Positions 55,659 through 64,000 of a DNA stretch of 64,000 bases are shown piece after piece. Below the pieces are notes generated by a model. That model saw nothing but the letters and a program-made list of their open reading frames with translations, searched no databases and was not told the origin of the DNA. The DNA comes from Acidimicrobiales bacterium. GTDB taxonomy: Bacteria; Actinomycetota; Acidimicrobiia; Acidimicrobiales; Aldehydirespiratoraceae. Position 1 is the first letter of the stretch; each line of letters opens with the position of its first letter. Position numbers and translations under genes: made by a program. The stretch covers positions 14,359 to 78,358 of the forward strand of contig JAJCXY010000040.1 in the NCBI GenBank assembly GCA_029263215.1, in the 5' to 3' direction.

Positions 55659-56956
55659 TGGCGGCTCCCGTCGTCGGCGAGGCGCAACCCCGAAAACATC
55701 CACCTGCTGTGGGTGGGAAAGAAGTTGCGGTAACTCGACCGAACATGATCGCCGGGGGTCACACATGCACCGCCTCGCAGGACCTGCTGATCGACCATGA
55801 ACTTGCCGTTGTATTCGCCAACCGCTCCCGGTGCGGCCCGAAATCCCGGATAGGGCGCGTAGGCACTGGCTGTCCACTCCCAGACATCTCCGTAGAGCTG
55901 CTGGAAGCCTGTTGCTGGATCCGAAGCGGGGAGCGGATGTAGCTCCTCTGAGGGAAGAAGGTTGCCGATGGCCTCGACTCCTGCCGCCGCGTTCTCCCAC
56001 TCGAATTCGGTTGGGAGCCTCGCTCCGGCCCACCGAGCGAACGCGTCGGCTTCGAAGTAGCTCACGTGCACGACCGGCTGGGATGGGTCCACGAGATGAA
56101 CACCGTTCAGGGTGTGGATCTCCCAACCGTCGGCACCGCGTTGCCAGTAGAGGGGGGCGTCCCAATCCTGCTGCTTGATCGTGAGCCACCCGGCCGACAA
56201 CCAGAGATCGGCTCGGTGATAGCCACCATCGGCGATGAACTCGAGCCACTCTCCGTTGGTGACGAGGCGGTCGGCAAGGCGGTGGGGTTGGAGCAGCGCC
56301 GAATGCCGGGGACCCTCATTGTCGAAACGGAAATCGCGGCCGCGATGGCCGATGTCGACGATGCCTCCCGGATGGTCGACCCATCGGTGAGGGGATGGTG
56401 AAGCCTGGGGTTCGGCCGCCCGTTCTCGGTAGGCCGGGGCGAAATCGTTGAGCGAGAGAACGTGCTTGATGTCCATCAGGATCAGTTCTTGATGCTGCTG
56501 CTCGTGATGAAGACCGAGCTCGATCAGTTCGATCAAATCGGGGCGGTCCGCGGCCACGGCATCGATGAACCCCACCATCGCCTCGTCGACGCGAAGCCGA
56601 TACTCGGTGATCTGGGCATTGTCGGGCCTGACGATCAAACCTCTCTCAGGACGGGGGTGCCGCGGGCCCACCGCCTCGTAGTAGGAGTTGAAGAGGTAGG
56701 CGTAGCGCTCATGTAGGGGCGCGTAGCCGGGCTCGTGGGGCTGAAGTAGGAAGGTCTCGAAGAACCAGGTGACGTGGGCCCGGTGCCACTTCGTGGGGCT
56801 GACGTCGGGCATCGACTGCACACACTGATCTTCGGGTGAGAGTGGTGTTGCAAGTTGTTCGGTGAGATCGCGAACCGCTCGATAGCGGCTGCTCAGCGAG
56901 ACCGGGTTACCGGCGGTCTCGGCCGGATTCTGTACGGCGGTCATCCGTGACCACAC
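55655..56956 (-). CDS. egtB: Hercynine sulfoxide synthase EgtB (DinB_2 plus FGE-sulfatase domains)
   Basis: SPTKWHRAHVTWFFE (DinB-like His motif), HHEQQHQELI and a C-terminal GDVWEWT...RGGAC FGE-type domain. The start is GTG 56956 or ATG 56944. Confidence 0.9.
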   Translation of the reverse strand: MWSRMTAVQNPAETAGNPVSLSSRYRAVRDLTEQLATPLSPEDQCVQSMPDVSPTKWHRAHVTWFFETFLLQPHEPGYAPLHERYAYLFNSYYEAVGPRHPRPERGLIVRPDNAQITEYRLRVDEAMVGFIDAVAADRPDLIELIELGLHHEQQHQELILMDIKHVLSLNDFAPAYRERAAEPQASPSPHRWVDHPGGIVDIGHRGRDFRFDNEGPRHSALLQPHRLADRLVTNGEWLEFIADGGYHRADLWLSAGWLTIKQQDWDAPLYWQRGADGWEIHTLNGVHLVDPSQPVVHVSYFEADAFARWAGARLPTEFEWENAAAGVEAIGNLLPSEELHPLPASDPATGFQQLYGDVWEWTASAYAPYPGFRAAPGAVGEYNGKFMVDQQVLRGGACVTPGDHVRSSYRNFFPTHSRWMFSGLRLADDGSRQ

Positions 56957-57018
56957 GCCGCATCACGCCATTCCCGATCCCGAATGGGGCCGAGATGAAG
57001 CCAGACCTCGAGTTTCAT
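56941..57018 (-). CDS. Candidate 25-codon uORF coupled to egtB
   Basis: The minus-strand sense reads GAGGAGGATGTG ATG AAA CTC..GGA TGA, translating to MKLEVWLHLGPIRDREWRDAACGHG. The stop TGA overlaps the egtB ATG 56944 (ATGA). GC3 is only about 55 percent. Confidence 0.3.
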   Translation of the reverse strand: MKLEVWLHLGPIRDREWRDAACGHG

Positions 57019-57126
57019 CACATCCTCCTCAGATACGCCTGAAGAAGAACGACAAGAGCGCCCTGCTTGTTCCTGCGTCGTCCCCAACTGTTGCGAATCA
57101 CCCAGTGTGGAGGGCGCCGGTTGAGC

Positions 57127-57504
57127 TCAGGACTGGCGCTTGAAGATGGTGACGCTCTGGTTGATGGGCACGAGATCGCGCCGGTACTTGCGGTGGGTTG
57201 CTTCCACCGCGCTCGACACTTCGGCGTGGGCACGCTCCAGCCTGACCTCTAGGTCGGCGACCCGCGCCTCGAGATCGAGAACCCGCTTCACGCCGACGAG
57301 GTTCATGCCCTCGTTGGTGAGCTGCTGAATACGGGTGAGCAGGGCAATGTCGGCGTCGGAGTACCGGCGGCTACCGCCTCCGGTGCGAGCCGGATCGACG
57401 AGACCCTTGCGCTCATAGATGCGGAGGGTCTGGGGATGCACACCCGCCAGCTCGGCGGCAACGGAGATCACGTAAACCGCTCGGTTGAATCGGTCGGGAT
57501 CCAT
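57127..57504 (-). CDS. hspR: MerR-family heat-shock repressor HspR
   Basis: YVISVAAELAGVHPQTLRIYERKGLVDPARTGGGSRRYS HTH region. Last gene of the dnaK operon. Confidence 0.9.
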   Translation of the reverse strand: MDPDRFNRAVYVISVAAELAGVHPQTLRIYERKGLVDPARTGGGSRRYSDADIALLTRIQQLTNEGMNLVGVKRVLDLEARVADLEVRLERAHAEVSSAVEATHRKYRRDLVPINQSVTIFKRQS

Positions 57505-57539
57505 GGTTTGTGCTCCTTTCGGTTTGGTGGCCCGGCGGG

Positions 57540-58658
57540 CTACTGAGTGCCCATCTGGGCACGGGGAGATTCGGGGCTGAGCGCGGCGAAAGCCTCCACC
57601 GCCGCCTTCTGTTCGTCGCTGAGTTGGGTGGGCACCGCCACGGTTACGGTGACGAGAAGGTCGCCCGCTCCGCCCTTGCCCCGCAGACGGAAGGTCTTGC
57701 CGGCGTTGGTGCCCGCAGGGATCCGCATCTTCACCATGGCGCCATCGAGGGTGGGAACCGAGATGTCGGCGCCGAGTGCGGCCTCGGCGAAAGTGATCGG
57801 CACCTCCAGGGTGAGGTCGTTGCCGGCTCGGCCGAACAAGGGATGATTCTTCACCTTGACGTGCACGAACAGATCACCGGGTGGTCCGCCGCCGCGGCCG
57901 GGCCCACCGCGGCCCTTGAGACGGATCTTCTGACCGGATTTCACTCCGGCAGGAATACGCACCTTGACATCGCGGGGGCGGATCTCTGAGCCGGTGCCAC
58001 GACAAGATGGACACGGGTCGGTGATGACCGAGCCTCGACCGCCGCACGGACCGCACGGGCGACTCATCGAGAAGAGACCCTGGTTGTCGTCGAGCACGCC
58101 CCGCCCGCCACAGTTCTTGCACTGCTGAGGAGCGGAGCCAGGGGCGCTGCCCGAGCCCGAGCAGGTGGAGCACGCCGCCTCACTGGTGAGGTGGATCGTT
58201 GTCTCGAGACCCTTCACGGCATCGTCGAAATCCAGCTTCAGCTCGGCTTCGAGGTCGGTGCCTCGCTGAGCACGGTTCTGCTGGGGACCTCCGCCACGGC
58301 CGCGTCCTCGCCCGAAGAGGCCTCCGAGCATGTCGCCGATGTCGTCGAAACCCACATTGAAACCGCCCTGGCCTTGGCCGGGACCGCCGCCTCCGCCGAA
58401 CATGCCGCCCGCCATCGGACCCATGTGGCGAACTTCGTCGTAGCTCTTGCGCTTGTCGTCGTCGCCGATCACGTCGTAGGCGGCCGACACTTCCTTGAAC
58501 CGTTCCTCGGCCGCGTCGTTGCCCGGGTTCGCGTCGGGGTGAAGCTGCCGAGCGAGCTTCTTGTAGGCCTTGGAGATCTCCTTGGCCGTTGCCTTCTCGG
58601 ACACACCGAGAGCGGCGTAGTAGTCCTTCTCGAACCACTCGCGCTGGGGTTCAGCCAT
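57540..58658 (-). CDS. dnaJ: Molecular chaperone DnaJ
   Basis: J domain (DYYAALGV...HPD), Gly-rich linker and four CxxCxGxG zinc-finger repeats. AGGAGG Shine-Dalgarno. Confidence 0.96.
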   Translation of the reverse strand: MAEPQREWFEKDYYAALGVSEKATAKEISKAYKKLARQLHPDANPGNDAAEERFKEVSAAYDVIGDDDKRKSYDEVRHMGPMAGGMFGGGGGPGQGQGGFNVGFDDIGDMLGGLFGRGRGRGGGPQQNRAQRGTDLEAELKLDFDDAVKGLETTIHLTSEAACSTCSGSGSAPGSAPQQCKNCGGRGVLDDNQGLFSMSRPCGPCGGRGSVITDPCPSCRGTGSEIRPRDVKVRIPAGVKSGQKIRLKGRGGPGRGGGPPGDLFVHVKVKNHPLFGRAGNDLTLEVPITFAEAALGADISVPTLDGAMVKMRIPAGTNAGKTFRLRGKGGAGDLLVTVTVAVPTQLSDEQKAAVEAFAALSPESPRAQMGTQ

Positions 58659-58703
58659 GACACACCTCCTTCGTCGGCCTCGCCGCGTCGTACGCGGACC
58701 CGA

Positions 58704-59263
58704 TCAACCCTTCACCTTCACCATCGCGGCTCTGAGCACTCTCCCATTCCATGCGTAACCGGTGCGCAGAATCTCGGCAACGATCGGCTCGGTCTGGGAG
58801 TCGTCGCCCGGTTCGCTGATCGCAGCTTCGTGGCGGTTGGGATCGAACGCCGCCGATTCCTCGGCGATCACCTCCAGCCCCTGCCGCTCGAGTACGCCCA
58901 TCAGCTGGCCTGAGATCTGAGCGACTCCTTCGACGCCCTGTTGGGCGGCGGCATCGCAGGCGTCGAGTACGGGAAGCAGGGCTTCCGCGAGCCTCGCCCC
59001 CGCCTGGGCCGCGAGTTCGGCGTTGCGCTTCTCGGTCTGCTTGCGGAAGTTGGCGAACTCTGCCGACACGCGCTGGAGGTGATCGAAGTGCTGATCGCGT
59101 TCGGTGTTGACCGCCTCGAGCGCGGCGACGAGGTCATCGGCCGTGAGCGGCTCCGAATCTTCGAGCGGATCCTCGACCAGGGTGGTCTCGACCTGGTCGG
59201 TGTCGACCAGGTCGAGATCTTCATCGGCCGGGGCGCTCGACGAATCCGTTTCGTCGGCTTCGG

Positions 59264-59267
<4 letters not shown>
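58704..59267 (-). CDS. grpE: Nucleotide exchange factor GrpE
   Basis: Acidic N-terminus, [16 protein letters not shown], and a C-terminal [14 protein letters not shown]. The GTG start overlaps the dnaK stop. Confidence 0.9.
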
Positions 59268-61102
<1,835 letters not shown>

Positions 61103-61201
61103 GTGATTTGCTCTGCTTTCTGAGGATTCGAGCTTCTTGGGGGGATTGTGCACGTGTGACAACCGCACACTAGCGGTCGAAATTCCCGAACACACCGAAA
61201 A

Positions 61202-61222
61202 GTTGAGTGTAGTACCATCAAC
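61202..61222. promoter_or_regulatory. HAIR-like inverted repeat upstream of dnaK
   Basis: The minus-strand sense reads GTTGATG-GTACTAC-ACTCAAC. The right half matches the HAIR half-site 6/7 and the left half 4/7. Lies about 100-120 nt upstream of the dnaK ATG. Confidence 0.5.
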
Positions 61223-61273
61223 TTTTAGTACAGCCTTGGCCAAAGTCGCTTCAGAGCGAAACACGAGTGGAAA

Positions 61274-62485
<1,212 letters not shown>

Positions 62486-62545
62486 CTAGTCCGGCTGCGC
62501 GGCGCGTGGCAGACTGCGTCGACTCGGCCATGGAGGAGAACGACG

Positions 62546-63781
62546 ATGCCGGCAAGGATTGACGGGAACCGGTTGTGGAGCCACCTGATGGCGATGGCCG
62601 AGGTCGGTCCCACCGCAAATGGCGGAAGCAACCGTCAAGCCATCAGCGATGAGGACGCTGCGGGGAGATCCCTACTGCTCGAGTGGGCCACCGCGGCAGG
62701 CTGCACCGCTCAGACCGACGAGATCGGCAACCTGTTCATCCGACGTGCGGGGCGCGACGAGTCGCTCCCGCCCGTGCTGATGGGCAGCCATCTCGACACC
62801 CAGCCCACCGGCGGACGCTTCGATGGCGTCTACGGCGTTCTCGGTGGTCTCGAGGTGATCGAGTCGCTCAACGACATGGACCACCAGACCGAAGCACCGG
62901 TCGAGCTCGCGGTGTGGACCAACGAAGAAGGCTCACGATTCCAATACTCGATGATGGGCTCAGCGGTCTGGGCCAACTGGCTCGAACTAGACGCCGCCCT
63001 CGCGCTCGTCGACAAGGACGGCCTCACCGTGGCCGAAGAACTCGACCGGCTCGGCTGGGCGGGCGAGCGGCCTGCGTCGCCTCATCCCTACACCGCCGCC
63101 TTCGAGCTGCACATCGAGCAGGGACCCATCCTCGAAGCCGACCAACTCGACGTCGGTGTCGTCACCGGCGTACAAGGGTTCCGTTGGTACACCATTCGCA
63201 TCACCGGAGACCCCGCTCACGCCGGTCCCACACCAATGGAGGTCCGCCACGACCCAGCGGCCGCGATCTCGCGGATCGTCGGCGACGTTTACGCCACCGC
63301 CGCCGATTTCGGACCCTGGGGGCGCTCCACCTTCGCCCAGTTCCACTCCGAACCCGTATCGCCCAACACGGTGCCCGGCCTTCTCACCTGCTCGCTCGAC
63401 ATTCGCCACCCCATCCTGGCCGACCTCGACGCGATGGAAGCGCTGATGCGGGCGAGCGTGGCCGCGGCAGCAGAGGCGTTCGGGGTGGGCGTAGAAATCG
63501 CCGTCGACAACGACTCGCCACCCGTTGCCTTCGATCCGAACTGCATCGGCTGGGTACAGGAGTCGGTCGACGATCTTGGCCTCACCAACCAGCAGATGGT
63601 CTCCGGCGCAGGGCACGATGCGTGCTACGTGGCTCTCCACTGCCCCACTTCGATGATCTTCGTTCCTTGCGATGGAGGCATCTCCCACAACGAGGCCGAG
63701 AGCATCACTTCCGAACAGGCCGAACACGGGGCCAGCGTTCTGCTCGGTGCGGTCATGAGAGCAGCCCAGCTCCAGCCCTAG
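62546..63781 (+). CDS. M20-family amidohydrolase (allantoate amidohydrolase / N-carbamoyl-L-amino-acid hydrolase type)
   Basis: ATG 62546 with a GGAGGAG Shine-Dalgarno. GSHLDTQPTGGRFDGVYGV, WTNEEGSRF and SGAGHDA motifs. The upstream part of ORF 61499..63781 is antisense to pobA. Confidence 0.85.
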   Translation: MPARIDGNRLWSHLMAMAEVGPTANGGSNRQAISDEDAAGRSLLLEWATAAGCTAQTDEIGNLFIRRAGRDESLPPVLMGSHLDTQPTGGRFDGVYGVLGGLEVIESLNDMDHQTEAPVELAVWTNEEGSRFQYSMMGSAVWANWLELDAALALVDKDGLTVAEELDRLGWAGERPASPHPYTAAFELHIEQGPILEADQLDVGVVTGVQGFRWYTIRITGDPAHAGPTPMEVRHDPAAAISRIVGDVYATAADFGPWGRSTFAQFHSEPVSPNTVPGLLTCSLDIRHPILADLDAMEALMRASVAAAAEAFGVGVEIAVDNDSPPVAFDPNCIGWVQESVDDLGLTNQQMVSGAGHDACYVALHCPTSMIFVPCDGGISHNEAESITSEQAEHGASVLLGAVMRAAQLQP

Positions 63782-63826
63782 CGCCCACCACTCTCCAGTG
63801 GTCGAGCAACGACTACCGTCGGGCCC

Positions 63827-64000
63827 ATGTACGACTTGATCCTCGTTCGTCACGGCCGGTCCGAGTGGAACGAGTTGAACCTCTTCACCGGCTGGTACGA
63901 CTGCCCCCTGATAGAGAAGGGCCGCGCCGAGGCTCGCTCCGCTGGACCGCTGCTCACCGAGGCAGGGTTGTTGCCCGACGTGGTGCACACATCGCTCCAA
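63827..64000 (+). CDS. gpmA: 2,3-bisphosphoglycerate-dependent phosphoglycerate mutase, 5' fragment running off the window
   Basis: Hand translation from ATG 63827: [40 protein letters not shown]. Contains the RHGxSxWN catalytic His motif. Confidence 0.85.
   Translation, partial: MYDLILVRHGRSEWNELNLFTGWYDCPLIEKGRAEARSAGPLLTEAGLLPDVVHTSLQ

Noticed and set aside
55659-56249. Extension of the egtD ORF (54684..56249)
   Set aside because: It is an alternative frame inside egtB. EgtD-like sequence starts at GTG 55658, which overlaps the egtB stop.
56957-57126. Terminator between hspR and egtB
   Set aside because: The only hairpin is a weak 6-bp one (CCATTC-N8-GAATGG) and no U tract follows. It is not called as a terminator.
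62987-64000. 337-aa minus-strand ORF at the window end
   Set aside because: It is antisense to the M20 hydrolase and to the clear gpmA 5' end. There are no motifs.

Overview
GC-rich chromosomal segment with strong GC3 bias and an actinobacterial gene signature: a WhiB-family regulator, the HspR/HAIR heat-shock regulon, a tRNA Glu-Asp-Phe cluster and egtBD. I call about 70 protein genes and 3 tRNAs. Packing is dense, with many 1-4 nt start/stop overlaps (ATGA/GTGA). I saw no rRNA, CRISPR array, transposase, integrase or phage genes. Main blocks, in order: (1) housekeeping and lipid genes (thiolase, hbd, SDR, cyclophilin, msrA, GH3 beta-glucosidase). (2) lysC, dut, orn. (3) A WhiB7-like regulator with a leader uORF and attenuator, followed by tlpA/ccdA. 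(4) pdxH, a crcB pair and serS. (5) A long minus-strand respiratory operon, ctaC-D-E-F-G of caa3 type, flanked by ctaB and ctaA. (6) clpS, degV, plsY and the tRNAs. (7) Malic enzyme, purB, purA. (8) Two paralogous repeat-rich secreted proteins. (9) clpB, egtBD and the dnaK-grpE-dnaJ-hspR operon. (10) pobA, an M20 amidohydrolase and the start of gpmA. The most interesting feature is three translationally coupled genes at 35633-38656, immediately upstream of the intact oxidase genes. They encode a heme-copper oxidase subunit I paralogue with all six metal-ligand His and the proton-channel residues substituted, a divergent subunit III-like protein, and an uncharacterised polytopic membrane protein. 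Together they look like a cofactor-less 'shadow' oxidase module, which I do not recognise as a described system. All calls rest on by-eye motif reading of the supplied translations and the DNA. No database search was possible.
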